Below, piece after piece: positions 48,157 through 58,686 of a stretch of 64,000 nucleotides of DNA (positions are counted from its first letter, which is position 1; the number at the start of each line of letters is the position of its first letter). The translations under genes were made by a program, and so were the position numbers. The stretch is from Bacteroidales bacterium. GTDB lineage: Bacteria > Bacteroidota > Bacteroidia > Bacteroidales > Paludibacteraceae. Below the pieces are notes generated by a model. It ran no database searches, had not been told where the DNA came from, and worked only from the letters and a program-made list of their open reading frames with translations. Location of the stretch: NCBI GenBank assembly GCA_012837935.1, contig DUQG01000018.1, positions 45,620 through 109,619 of the forward strand, in the 5' to 3' direction.

Positions 48157-49692
<1,536 letters not shown>

Positions 49693-49716
49693 TTATTTGA
49701 AAGTTTGAATTACCTA

Positions 49717-49724
49717 CAAAAGTA
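49717..49724 (-). promoter_or_regulatory. -7 box TACTTTTG for the atp operon
   Basis: Perfect TAnnTTTG on the minus strand, ~37 nt upstream of the atpD ATG. Confidence 0.5.
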
Positions 49725-49774
49725 GAAAAAAAAACATATAAAAGAAATAAAAATGCAATAATTTTCAATAAAAT

Positions 49775-49804
49775 AAAAAATACTGCCCAAGTGAGCAGTA
49801 TTTT
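49775..49804 (-). terminator. intrinsic terminator after nagB
   Basis: AAATACTGC ... GCAGTATTT stem with a T-run on the minus strand. Confidence 0.7.
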
Positions 49805-49842
49805 CTAAATATTGTAACATTTATGAACAATAATTTGCTTGT

Positions 49843-50652
49843 TTACAACAGACTGTTAGGGTCTAGATGAGCTTTTTCAATGTCAAGGAAGTATTTGTAC
49901 GTTCCCACTCTTAACTCGGCACAAGCATCATAATCGCATACAATAATGCCTTTCGGGTGCATTTGTAGTGCGCTGATAGTCCACATATGGTTGATTGGCT
50001 CTTCTACGGCATGACGAAGTGCACGTGCTTTACCCGCGCCATTTACCAAGATTAATACTTCTTTGGCATCAAGAATAGTGCCTACACCTACTGTAATAGA
50101 TGTTTTTGGAACTTTGTTTACGTCATTGTCAAAGAAACGAGAGTTGGCAATCATTGTTTCGGTAGTCAAAGTTTTTTCACGTGTGCGTGATGTAAGCGAT
50201 GATGCAGGTTCGTTAAATGCGATATGTCCGTCAGAACCGATGCCGCCCATAAACAAATCAATACCGCCTACCTCTTTCATTTTAGCCTCATAAGCAGCAC
50301 ATTCAGCAACAAGGTCTTCAGCAGTACCATCCAAGAGATTTGTATTTTCAGGCTTAATGTCAATGTGATTAAAGAAGTTAGTCCACATAAATGTGTGGTA
50401 GCTTTGCGGATGGTCTTTTGGAAGTCCCACGTATTCGTCCATATTGAATGTAATCACATTTTCAAAAGAGATTACACCCTCTTTATGAAGTTTAATCAGA
50501 TGTTTGTACGTTCCAAGTGGCGATGAGCCGGTTGGAAGTCCAAGCACAAAGGGTTTTTCATTGGTTGGGTTGGCAGCAATCAGCTTAGAAGCGATGTAAT
50601 TAGCAGCCCATTCGGAAATGTTTTGATAGTCCGGTTGAATAATTACTCTCAT
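49843..50652 (-). CDS. nagB: glucosamine-6-phosphate deaminase
   Basis: MRVIIQPDY....WAA.YI...I...P......[10 protein letters not shown]... and [13 protein letters not shown]. Confidence 0.93.
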   Translation of the reverse strand: MRVIIQPDYQNISEWAANYIASKLIAANPTNEKPFVLGLPTGSSPLGTYKHLIKLHKEGVISFENVITFNMDEYVGLPKDHPQSYHTFMWTNFFNHIDIKPENTNLLDGTAEDLVAECAAYEAKMKEVGGIDLFMGGIGSDGHIAFNEPASSLTSRTREKTLTTETMIANSRFFDNDVNKVPKTSITVGVGTILDAKEVLILVNGAGKARALRHAVEEPINHMWTISALQMHPKGIIVCDYDACAELRVGTYKYFLDIEKAHLDPNSLL

Positions 50653-50841
50653 AATTTTTTAATTTGAATATTAAAATGCAAAAATACATTTTTATTTTCA
50701 AATTTCATAATAAAAATCCTCCAATTATTCCCCGTTTTTAACATTCTTATAAAATGCAAAATTACCCCAAAAAGTGATGTGATAAAAATCATTAAAAAAG
50801 AATAAAAATTGCTGATTAGGTGGATAATTAAAAAAAATGTA

Positions 50842-50849
50842 TATATTTG
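50842..50849 (+). promoter_or_regulatory. -7 box TATATTTG for ssb
   Basis: Perfect TAnnTTTG, 46 nt upstream of ATG 50895. Confidence 0.45.
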
Positions 50850-50894
50850 TGGTGCAATTGTTTTATTATTATCAACTTTTTTAATTACACAATC

Positions 50895-51329
50895 ATGATC
50901 AACAAAGCAATTTTAGTAGGAAATGTGGGCAAAGACCCCGAAGTACGTTATTTAGAGAAAGGTACAGCAGTAGCAAACTTCCCATTAGCCACCACAAAGC
51001 GTGGTTATACGATGCAAAATGGAACACAAGTTCCGGATCGAACCGAATGGCATAACATTGTTGTTTGGGGCGCTCTTGCCAAAGTAGCGGAGCAATATGT
51101 TCGCAAAGGTAGGCAACTTTATATCGAAGGGCGAATTCAAACTCGCAGTTGGGAAAAGGACGGAATAAAGCGTTACACTACAGAAATTGTAGCGGAAACG
51201 CTTCAAATGCTCGGCAAAAGATCAGACTATCAAGATGACGCTCAGTTCCCTGCTGAGCCGGATGTCGCAGCACCCGCAGACTCTACAGCTCACGAACCGA
51301 TGGATGGTGCAGATGATTTACCATTCTAA
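50895..51329 (+). CDS. ssb: single-stranded DNA-binding protein
   Basis: MINKAILVGNVGKDPEVRY OB fold. Acidic tail ending DDLPF. Confidence 0.93.
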   Translation: MINKAILVGNVGKDPEVRYLEKGTAVANFPLATTKRGYTMQNGTQVPDRTEWHNIVVWGALAKVAEQYVRKGRQLYIEGRIQTRSWEKDGIKRYTTEIVAETLQMLGKRSDYQDDAQFPAEPDVAAPADSTAHEPMDGADDLPF

Positions 51330-51557
51330 TTCTGAATGCGTATATTCCTTAAACGGACACACAGTGCTATTGTTAGCCTGTGTGTCTTGTTTTTGTAAAG
51401 TAGATGGGAGTTGGAAGTCGGGAGTACGAAATACTATCCAAAGACTAGCTTTAAGTCAGCCTTTGGGTAAAAAGCAGAATAAACTATTACTGTTTTCGAA
51501 TATTATAGTAGGAAATGCGATTTTTTACTGTTCGGTTTTCTTTGTATTTTATAAGAT

Positions 51558-52739
51558 TTAGTTGCAGTTTAATTTTTCTTTTGCTCGTTTTATAATTAGT
51601 TCAGCTTTTTCTCGAAACGTAATCTCACATTCAAACAGTATTTTCCCACCTATGTCTTCTCCCATGCTTTCCCATACGCCATTGCAGTTATAAAAATACC
51701 ACATTCCATATCCAAAAGAATTAAGGTATGCATTATTCACAACTCCCACTATTTTGTTTTTGTAAACAAATAATTTCTTAACACTAATTCCTAATGTTTT
51801 GGTTTTTTGTGATTCGCTAATATTGTCTTTATCCAAAACATAAGTTTTCATGTTAGAAATATATGCACTTATGGGCGAAGAATTATCATTGAAATCTATC
51901 AATTCACTAATTTTCTTTTGTATGATTTGAGAACTGTACGAGCCTTCGGAAAGAGCTCCTTTTCTAAGTATAAGTTTAGATTTGAGCTTAGTTTCTTTTA
52001 TTTTTCCTTTTTCAAGACTCACTAAATGGGAATCATGTATGTCGCTTTGGTTAATGAATTCGACAGCTTTCCCATTTTTGAAAAGGATTCCGGCTAGTTC
52101 ATCTGTAGCGTAACCCGGATTCATTTTTCCTTTTACTATCATTTGATGATATAAATTTTTCCTTGATTCTTCCGAATAGTGTGGGCAGTTACTGTAAGGT
52201 AGAAAGCCTAGTCCTTCAACAACACTCAAGTGAGTAGGGCGTGAATCACTAATTCCATTTTGAAACCAACATATTGAGCCCGCACTTCCACCAGCCAAGA
52301 TTATCCCATTCTCTAATGCTTTCTTTAAGATTTTGTCTATTCCCTGCGCTTTCCAAATTCCAAGCATATTCAAGGTGTTGCCACCACCAACCACAATTGC
52401 ATCGGAGCTGAGAAGAATATCTTCAAATGATTGATTCTTTTCAGATGAAATTACCCAAACTTTCATAATGAGGGTATCCAACTGTAATGTGTTGCATATC
52501 CTTCCCCAAAATTTAATATTCTCAGAATTATCTCCGCTGGCAGTAGGTAAATAGCAGATTTTAGGATTTTCTTTCTTTGTTAAATCAGCTATGTATTGGA
52601 CAAACTTTGTGTTAATGTCTCCTCCCCAAATAAAAATTGTCTTTTCTTGTTTATAATTGTTTAGTTGTGCTCTCAAATCATTAATTCCTACGAAAATTAA
52701 GAGTAAAAAAAGTATTAAAATAAATGGTTTTTGTTTCAT
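51558..52739 (-). CDS. secreted S51 (peptidase E-like) family protein with extra C-terminal domain
   Basis: Signal peptide. IVVGGGNTLNML...ILAGGSAGSICWF (S51 nucleophile region). ~150 additional C-terminal residues. Confidence 0.7.
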   Translation of the reverse strand: MKQKPFILILFLLLIFVGINDLRAQLNNYKQEKTIFIWGGDINTKFVQYIADLTKKENPKICYLPTASGDNSENIKFWGRICNTLQLDTLIMKVWVISSEKNQSFEDILLSSDAIVVGGGNTLNMLGIWKAQGIDKILKKALENGIILAGGSAGSICWFQNGISDSRPTHLSVVEGLGFLPYSNCPHYSEESRKNLYHQMIVKGKMNPGYATDELAGILFKNGKAVEFINQSDIHDSHLVSLEKGKIKETKLKSKLILRKGALSEGSYSSQIIQKKISELIDFNDNSSPISAYISNMKTYVLDKDNISESQKTKTLGISVKKLFVYKNKIVGVVNNAYLNSFGYGMWYFYNCNGVWESMGEDIGGKILFECEITFREKAELIIKRAKEKLNCN

Positions 52740-52877
52740 GGTCTATTTGTTGTTTTTGTTCGTGTATAATTTCCGCATCAAATATACAACTTTCCTAGTT
52801 AAAAATTCTTCAATTCTCATTTTTCTATTTTCCCGAATTACATAAACTTATTTTTCTCTTAATATGTTTTAATATCT

Positions 52878-52891
52878 CGAGAAATTTCTCG
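52878..52891. promoter_or_regulatory. perfect 14-bp palindrome CGAGAAATTTCTCG abutting the carbonic anhydrase promoter
   Basis: Seen directly. Immediately upstream of GTACTTTGCAG (near-consensus -7 box). Confidence 0.45.
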
Positions 52892-52934
52892 TACTTTGCA
52901 GTAAAGTAGCTGGTTTATCATTATGCACAATGCA

Positions 52935-52958
52935 GTTTTTTGTAACCGCAATGTGCTC
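52935..52958 (+). repeat. 24-bp direct repeat copy A GTTTTTTGTAACCGCAATGTGCTC
   Basis: Identical to 53623-53646. Lies in the 5' leader of the gamma-CA gene. Confidence 0.9.
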
Positions 52959-53000
52959 AATAAATCAACGAATTAGCTACTCAATAATTCAACATAAAAT

Positions 53001-53543
53001 ATGGCTTATATAAAATCTGTTCGCGGTTTTACACCCAAGATGGGTCAAGACTGCTTTTTGGCGGAAACTTCTGCGATAATTGGTGATGTAGTAATGGGTG
53101 ATGGATGCAGCGTATGGTTTGGTGCCGTGCTGCGCGGGGATGTAAACTCTATTCGCATTGGGAATCATGTCAATATTCAAGACGGCTCGGTGTTGCATAC
53201 TCTTTATGAAAAGTCGGTAGTGGAAATCGGTGATTATGTTTCTATTGGGCACAATGTTGTGGTGCACGGTGCAAAAATCGATAATTATGCACTTATCGGG
53301 ATGAGTGCTACGCTGCTCGACTATGTGGAAGTGGGAGAGGGCGCTATTGTGGCAGCAGGTGCTGTGGTGTTAAGCGGCACAAAAATTCCACCTTATACGC
53401 TTTGGGCTGGTGTTCCGGCTAAGTTTGTAAAAAATGTAGAGCCTGAACAAACCAACGAGATAAATAGAAAGATAGCGCATAACTATGCGATGTATTCGAG
53501 TTGGTATGAAAGTCCTCTAAATCCCCCGCAGGGGGACTTTTAG
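53001..53543 (+). CDS. gamma-class carbonic anhydrase family (hexapeptide repeat, YrdA/PaaY-like) protein
   Basis: Left-handed beta-helix hexapeptide repeats. GDVVMGDGCSVWFGAVLRGDVNSIRIG..NIQDGSVLH. Confidence 0.85.
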   Translation: MAYIKSVRGFTPKMGQDCFLAETSAIIGDVVMGDGCSVWFGAVLRGDVNSIRIGNHVNIQDGSVLHTLYEKSVVEIGDYVSIGHNVVVHGAKIDNYALIGMSATLLDYVEVGEGAIVAAGAVVLSGTKIPPYTLWAGVPAKFVKNVEPEQTNEINRKIAHNYAMYSSWYESPLNPPQGDF

Positions 53544-53577
53544 TTCAGAGTTTCGGGTTTCGGTTATTGTAGTTTTT

Positions 53578-53607
53578 TCAATCGACTGGAAGCCGATTGA
53601 CTCCAGT
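53578..53607 (+). other. two overlapping, mutually exclusive hairpins
   Basis: TCAATCG[actggaagc]CGATTGA versus ACTGGA[agccgattgac]TCCAGT, seen directly downstream of the CA gene. Confidence 0.45.
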
Positions 53608-53622
53608 GCTAATAAATTAGTG

Positions 53623-53646
53623 GTTTTTTGTAACCGCAATGTGCTC
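53623..53646 (+). repeat. 24-bp direct repeat copy B GTTTTTTGTAACCGCAATGTGCTC
   Basis: Identical to 52935-52958. Lies in the 3' flank of the gamma-CA gene, just before its terminator. Confidence 0.9.
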
Positions 53647-53652
53647 TATTAC

Positions 53653-53678
53653 AAAAATCTGATTAATCAGATTTTTTT
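53653..53678 (+). terminator. intrinsic terminator after the gamma-CA gene
   Basis: AAAAATCTGA ttaa TCAGATTTTT palindrome followed by Ts. Confidence 0.75.
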
Positions 53679-53817
53679 GTTTTAAATAATAGGAGATGCT
53701 TGCTGTTGTCATTTTTTTTATTGGTTGAACGTGTCCGTTTACCGAGGGAAGCGCCGATTGTGCCCATTGTAGATGAAATATTAACAGCTTTGAAACAGAA
53801 TGTTCAGATATTATTCT

Positions 53818-53825
53818 TACTTTTG
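53818..53825 (+). promoter_or_regulatory. -7 box TACTTTTG for the DUF5687-ABC operon
   Basis: Perfect TAnnTTTG, 24 nt upstream of ATG 53849. Confidence 0.45.
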
Positions 53826-53848
53826 TGTTCAAAATTTAAAACAGAACT

Positions 53849-55336
53849 ATGTTAATAACTGATTTACTTAAACAGGAATTCCGAAAAGGCTTTCGCTCGC
53901 AAGCGTTTTACCGCGGCTTGGCTGTGAAAATTCTGATGGGTTTTCTGGCACTTTATTTTGCGGTGCTTTTTGTGCTGATGGGAATTGTGTTGGGTGAAAT
54001 TCTCAATGAAGTACACGACACGCTTAAACCGCTTGAGTTGTTTAATGGTGCATCGCTTTATGTCCTATTGTCTGTGTTGGCACTGCGATTTATGATGCAG
54101 TCGTTGAATGTGCTTAATCTGCAAACCTATCAGAGCCTGCCGATAAAACGCAAAACCTTGGTTAATTTTATGTTGATAAAACCGATTTTTAGTCCGGCAA
54201 ACTATATGAGTTTGCTTGTGATAGTTCCGTTTGCGCTAAAATCGGTTGTGGTTTGGCATTCGGGTTGGGTAGCATTGCAGTTTGTGCTAAACTGGGTGCT
54301 GCTTATTTGGGTAAATATTTGGTTGGCGTCATACCTGAAAAGGCGTTTTGGACATGATTTTAAGTTGCTGATTGTAATTCTCGCCGTCATACTTGGAATT
54401 GCGGCACTGGAATATTTCAAGGTGTTTTCACTCTTTGATATATCTATGAGCGTCTTTAATTTTCTAACCATGATGCCTTTTGGCTGGTTGGCGACACTCG
54501 TTTTTGCGGGCTTGGCTTATGGTTTAAATCTTTTATTTTTTAGCAAAAACTACTATCCCGAAAAGTTCAACGAAAAGCTTAATCGCAATGAAAATAAAGT
54601 AGTTGGCGGACTTTCTTTTTTGGAAAAATACGGAACTATCGGCGAACTTATTCAACTTCAAATTCGGTTGATTTTCCGACACAAACGTACTAAAACACTG
54701 GTTTATCTAAGTGCGTTTTTTATGCTTTACGGTTTACTTTTTTACACAAGCGAAATGTATACTAATAGTGCTATCTGGTTGGTTTTCTGTGGATTAATTA
54801 TTACCGGAATGCTTTCTATTACTTACGGACAATGGGTTATCAGTTGGGAAAGCAACTATTTTGATGCTATATTGACTAAAAATATTCCGTCGAAAGAGTA
54901 TATCAAAGCGAATTTTTATATCCTGATTGCGTTTAATATCCTGTCGTTTTTACTTACAATGCCTTATTTTTTCTTTGGAACAAAAATTATCTACCTTCAT
55001 ATAGCCATGTTTTTATATAATACAGGTGTAAATATGTTTTTGTTGGTTTACACGGCAGCATTTAACACAAAAAGAGTGGATTTAATGGCGAAAAGTGCAT
55101 TTAACTATCAAGGTACCACGTATAAGAGTTTCTTGATAGTTTTACCGATTATGTTTTTTCCGATGTTGCTTGCCGGAGTTTTAGGCATTTTTACAACCTA
55201 TAATATTATTATGCTTGTTTTTGGTTTGCTTGGATTGGTGGGTGTTCTGCTTATACTACAGCAAATGAAACTTTGTACTAATCACTTTAATAAACGAAAA
55301 TACGCAATGGCGGAAGGATTTAGAGAGAAAGAGTAA
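53849..55336 (+). CDS. polytopic membrane protein, DUF5687-like putative ABC permease partner
   Basis: 495 aa, ~12 TM segments, followed by an ABC ATPase gene. Family name is from memory. Confidence 0.6.
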   Translation: MLITDLLKQEFRKGFRSQAFYRGLAVKILMGFLALYFAVLFVLMGIVLGEILNEVHDTLKPLELFNGASLYVLLSVLALRFMMQSLNVLNLQTYQSLPIKRKTLVNFMLIKPIFSPANYMSLLVIVPFALKSVVVWHSGWVALQFVLNWVLLIWVNIWLASYLKRRFGHDFKLLIVILAVILGIAALEYFKVFSLFDISMSVFNFLTMMPFGWLATLVFAGLAYGLNLLFFSKNYYPEKFNEKLNRNENKVVGGLSFLEKYGTIGELIQLQIRLIFRHKRTKTLVYLSAFFMLYGLLFYTSEMYTNSAIWLVFCGLIITGMLSITYGQWVISWESNYFDAILTKNIPSKEYIKANFYILIAFNILSFLLTMPYFFFGTKIIYLHIAMFLYNTGVNMFLLVYTAAFNTKRVDLMAKSAFNYQGTTYKSFLIVLPIMFFPMLLAGVLGIFTTYNIIMLVFGLLGLVGVLLILQQMKLCTNHFNKRKYAMAEGFREKE

Positions 55337-55495
55337 GATGTCGGATGTATGATGTATGATGTGGGATGCAATACAATAACTTACACATGACATCAAACAA
55401 TACAACAAACATCCAACACCTAAACATTTGACAAACACCCGATATCTAACATCCAGCATCTAATAATATTAAATTAACTAATCAACTAATTTACA
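55337..55495 (+). repeat. intercistronic spacer: GT-rich arm (GATGTCGGATGTATGATGTATGATGTGGGATG) then G-poor CA-rich arm
   Basis: Shares the exact AACAAACATCC (55404-55414) and AAACATTT (55422-55429) with the sufS-sufE spacer. The two arms are partly complementary. Confidence 0.6.
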
Positions 55496-56191
55496 ATGAT
55501 AACTATAACAAATCTTTCAAAAAAATACAACGAAAATGTTGTTTTAGATATTCCGGAATTAACCATTCAAGCGGGCGAGAGTTTCGGATTGGTGGGTAAC
55601 AATGGTGCGGGAAAAACGACCATGTTCCGCTTGATTTTGGACTTAATTGAAGCCACTACAGGCGAAGTTTCCATTGACGGTGAGCCTGTTGCTCGTCGGG
55701 ATGAGTGGAAAACTTTCGTAGGTTCGTTTTTGGATGAAGGTTTTCTGATTGATTATCTTACGCCGGATGAGTATTTTGCTTTTGTGGGAAAACTCTACGG
55801 AAAATCGGAAGGCGATATTACTGCTTTTACGGATAAAATGGCTGATTTCTTTAATGGTGAAGTGGCGGGAAACAAAAAACTTATCCGCGAACTTTCCAAA
55901 GGGAATCAAAAGAAAACCGGAATTGCTGCAGCTTTGCTTTGCGACCCGAAAATTCTTATTCTGGATGAGCCGTTTACTGCACTTGACCCATCATCACAAA
56001 TTCGTCTAAAACGTTTGCTTAACGAATTGCAAGAGACCCAAAATACTACGATGCTGATTTCCAGCCACGACTTGAACCACGTTACCGAAGTGTGCAAACG
56101 TACCGTTGTGCTTGAAAAAGGAAAAGTCGTACGCGATATTGCAACAAGTGTGGATACGCTGAAAGAATTGGAAAGTTATTTTGCGGTTTAG
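55496..56191 (+). CDS. ABC transporter ATP-binding protein
   Basis: Walker A GNNGAGKTT, signature LSKGNQKK, Walker B ILILDEP. Confidence 0.92.
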   Translation: MITITNLSKKYNENVVLDIPELTIQAGESFGLVGNNGAGKTTMFRLILDLIEATTGEVSIDGEPVARRDEWKTFVGSFLDEGFLIDYLTPDEYFAFVGKLYGKSEGDITAFTDKMADFFNGEVAGNKKLIRELSKGNQKKTGIAAALLCDPKILILDEPFTALDPSSQIRLKRLLNELQETQNTTMLISSHDLNHVTEVCKRTVVLEKGKVVRDIATSVDTLKELESYFAV

Positions 56192-56297
56192 TTTTTAAAT
56201 AGCAGCCAACTTGGAATTGGTAGCTATTCTGGTTATTACATGACAGCTAACTGCAAGTTAGCTGCCATTTTTATTTCTGAATTCGAGAAATAAACAC

Positions 56298-56305
56298 TAC
56301 CTTTG
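56298..56305 (+). promoter_or_regulatory. -7 box TACCTTTG for ahcY
   Basis: Perfect TAnnTTTG, 36 nt upstream of ATG 56341. Confidence 0.45.
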
Positions 56306-56340
56306 CAGTCCGATTTTTGTAACATAAATAAATTATACAT

Positions 56341-57759
56341 ATGCAATTAGAATTATTTTCAAAACTTCCGTACAAGGTGGCTGATATTAATTTAGCTGAT
56401 TTTGGAAGAAAAGAGATAGAACTGGCAGAAAAAGAGATGCCGGGATTGATGGCACTTCGTGCTAAATACGGCGCTTCAAAGCCATTGAAAGGCGCTCGTA
56501 TTATGGGTTCGCTTCACATGACTATTCAAACTGCCGTGTTGATTGAAACATTGGTAGAACTGGGTGCTGAAGTGCGCTGGGCAAGCTGTAATATTTACTC
56601 TACGCAAGACCATGCTGCTGCAGCGATTGCTGCTGCGGGCGTTCCTGTTTTTGCATGGAAAGGCGAAACATTGGAAGAGTACTGGTGGTGTACGCATCAA
56701 GCTTTGACTTTTGAGGGAAATAAAGGTCCAACCGTAATTGTGGATGATGGCGGCGACGCTACGATGATGATTCACGTGGGTGTGAAAGCAGAAAAAGATG
56801 CTTCTGTCTTGGATAAAAAAGCGGAAGGCGAAGATGAGCGTGAACTTTATAACACTTTGAAAGCTGTGTTGAAAGTAGATTCAAGTTTCTGGACACGTAT
56901 GGCGCCGGAAATTTGCGGTGTATCGGAAGAGACCACAACGGGTGTTCATCGTCTGTATCAGATGATGGAAGCAGGCGAATTGCTGTTCCCGGCTTTCAAC
57001 GTAAACGATTCGGTTACCAAATCTAAATTTGACAACTTATACGGTTGTCGTGAGTCTTTGGCAGACGGAATTAAGCGTGCTACCGACTTGATGCTTGCAG
57101 GAAAAGTAGTGGTAGTGTGCGGTTACGGTGATGTGGGTAAAGGTTCGGCAAAATCGATGCGTGCTTACGGTGCTCGTGTGTTGGTAACGGAAATTGACCC
57201 GATTTGTGCATTGCAGGCAGCTATGGAAGGTTTTGAAGTGGTAACGGTGGAAGATGCGCTTGCTGAAGGAAACGTTTACGTAACTACTACAGGCAACAAA
57301 GATGTTATTCGCATTGAGCATATGAAGAAGATGAAAGATGGAGCGATTGTTTGTAACATCGGTCACTTCGACAATGAAATTCAAGTGGATAAATTGAAAA
57401 AATATCCCAGTATCGTTCATACCAACATCAAACCGCAAGTGGATAAATATACTTTCCCAACCGGAAACTCTATTATTTTACTTGCTGACGGTCGCTTGGT
57501 GAATTTAGGTTGTGCTACGGGACATCCGTCCTTTGTAATGAGTAACTCGTTTACAAACCAAACTTTGGCACAAATTGAACTTTACACCAAAGATTATCCG
57601 GTGGATGTATATCGCCTGCCAAAACATTTGGATGAAGAAGTGGCACGTCTGCACTTAGACCAATTAGGTGTAAAACTGACCAAACTTACACCGGAACAAG
57701 CAGCTTATATCGGTGTAAAACCTGAAGGTCCGTATAAATCTGAGCATTACAGATATTAA
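56341..57759 (+). CDS. ahcY: adenosylhomocysteinase
   Basis: 472 aa. [26 protein letters not shown]..., NAD site GYGDVGKG, C-terminal YRY. Confidence 0.97.
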   Translation: MQLELFSKLPYKVADINLADFGRKEIELAEKEMPGLMALRAKYGASKPLKGARIMGSLHMTIQTAVLIETLVELGAEVRWASCNIYSTQDHAAAAIAAAGVPVFAWKGETLEEYWWCTHQALTFEGNKGPTVIVDDGGDATMMIHVGVKAEKDASVLDKKAEGEDERELYNTLKAVLKVDSSFWTRMAPEICGVSEETTTGVHRLYQMMEAGELLFPAFNVNDSVTKSKFDNLYGCRESLADGIKRATDLMLAGKVVVVCGYGDVGKGSAKSMRAYGARVLVTEIDPICALQAAMEGFEVVTVEDALAEGNVYVTTTGNKDVIRIEHMKKMKDGAIVCNIGHFDNEIQVDKLKKYPSIVHTNIKPQVDKYTFPTGNSIILLADGRLVNLGCATGHPSFVMSNSFTNQTLAQIELYTKDYPVDVYRLPKHLDEEVARLHLDQLGVKLTKLTPEQAAYIGVKPEGPYKSEHYRY

Positions 57760-57776
57760 GAAAAATATTTCCATAC

Positions 57777-57808
57777 AAAAAACCACTTGAATTTTCAAGT
57801 GGTTTTTT
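57777..57808 (+). terminator. intrinsic terminator after ahcY
   Basis: AACCACTTGA attt TCAAGTGGTT followed by T6. Confidence 0.85.
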
Positions 57809-58095
57809 GTTGGATATTAATGATAAAATATGTTTTTATCGATTGAGAATAGTGTCAAATAATAGAAGAGTCAATACAATTCAAATCAAAGGTACTTTTA
57901 TGTTCTTAAGTATTAGCTTTTTATATTTTCTGATTTGTTTGATAATTTCAAAGATAAAGTAATAAAAGTGATATAAGAATTAATGAAACTATTTTCATGA
58001 TTTCAGATTTTTTGATTGCTACTTCTGCAAATATAAACAATCGGTGTTTTCAGTGGCATTGCTTGGAATTTCCAATCTGTTATCGTTTAAACCTA

Positions 58096-58593
58096 TCATT
58101 CTTCCTTTCCTTTTGTCGCTTTTTCTTCTTGGAATCGCTCGGCTTCTTCTTGGCTTGTTTTTCCTTTGAGCCAAACCACGCTTACGCCTGTAATGTCTTT
58201 GCTGTAAACGATAACATCGGCATTAGCTCGCTTATCAACCCGCTTATAGATGTAGGTTCTGGAATTCTTGTCTCGTTTTTCGAGTGAAGTTTCAAAATCA
58301 CCTTTTTCAATCAGCTTTTCAATTTCTTTCGTGAATTTATCTGAAAGAGTTTCCGTAGCACTCTCTTTTTTAAGTTTTAGGACTTTTAGGCTTGAAACCG
58401 TTTCGAGCGTTCCGTCTGTAAGCACCGAATAATCCGTAAAAATAGAGGCGAACTTCATCATTCCCTTTCCAACCGAAATATATTCAAAATTATCGTCGTT
58501 GGAATATTTCTTGAAAAACTTATCAATCGTCTGCGCTTCGACAACCGTTGTAAAAAGGAAAATTAAGCTTAAAATCGAAAGTGTCTTTTTCAT
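58096..58593 (-). CDS. DUF4252 domain protein
   Basis: Signal peptide. IDKFFKKYSNDDNFEYISVGKGMMKFA pattern typical of DUF4252. Confidence 0.7.
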   Translation of the reverse strand: MKKTLSILSLIFLFTTVVEAQTIDKFFKKYSNDDNFEYISVGKGMMKFASIFTDYSVLTDGTLETVSSLKVLKLKKESATETLSDKFTKEIEKLIEKGDFETSLEKRDKNSRTYIYKRVDKRANADVIVYSKDITGVSVVWLKGKTSQEEAERFQEEKATKGKEE

Positions 58594-58686
58594 ACCTTGG
58601 AATTATAGTTGTGTGTAAATGATTTTGAAATTAAACTTGTTTTGACTGTATTTCTCATTTTTGTTCGCTATTGTTCATTTTGAAAA

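Noticed and set aside
53617-53832. 71-aa ORF in the 305-nt spacer between the CA gene and the DUF5687 gene.
   Set aside because: No recognisable motif was found. It overlaps the 24-bp repeat, the CA terminator and the downstream promoter box. It is most likely non-coding. A plus-strand open stretch (VERVRLPREAPIVPIVDEILTALKQN) in the GC-richer patch at 53725-53800 could be a gene remnant, but it is too short to call.
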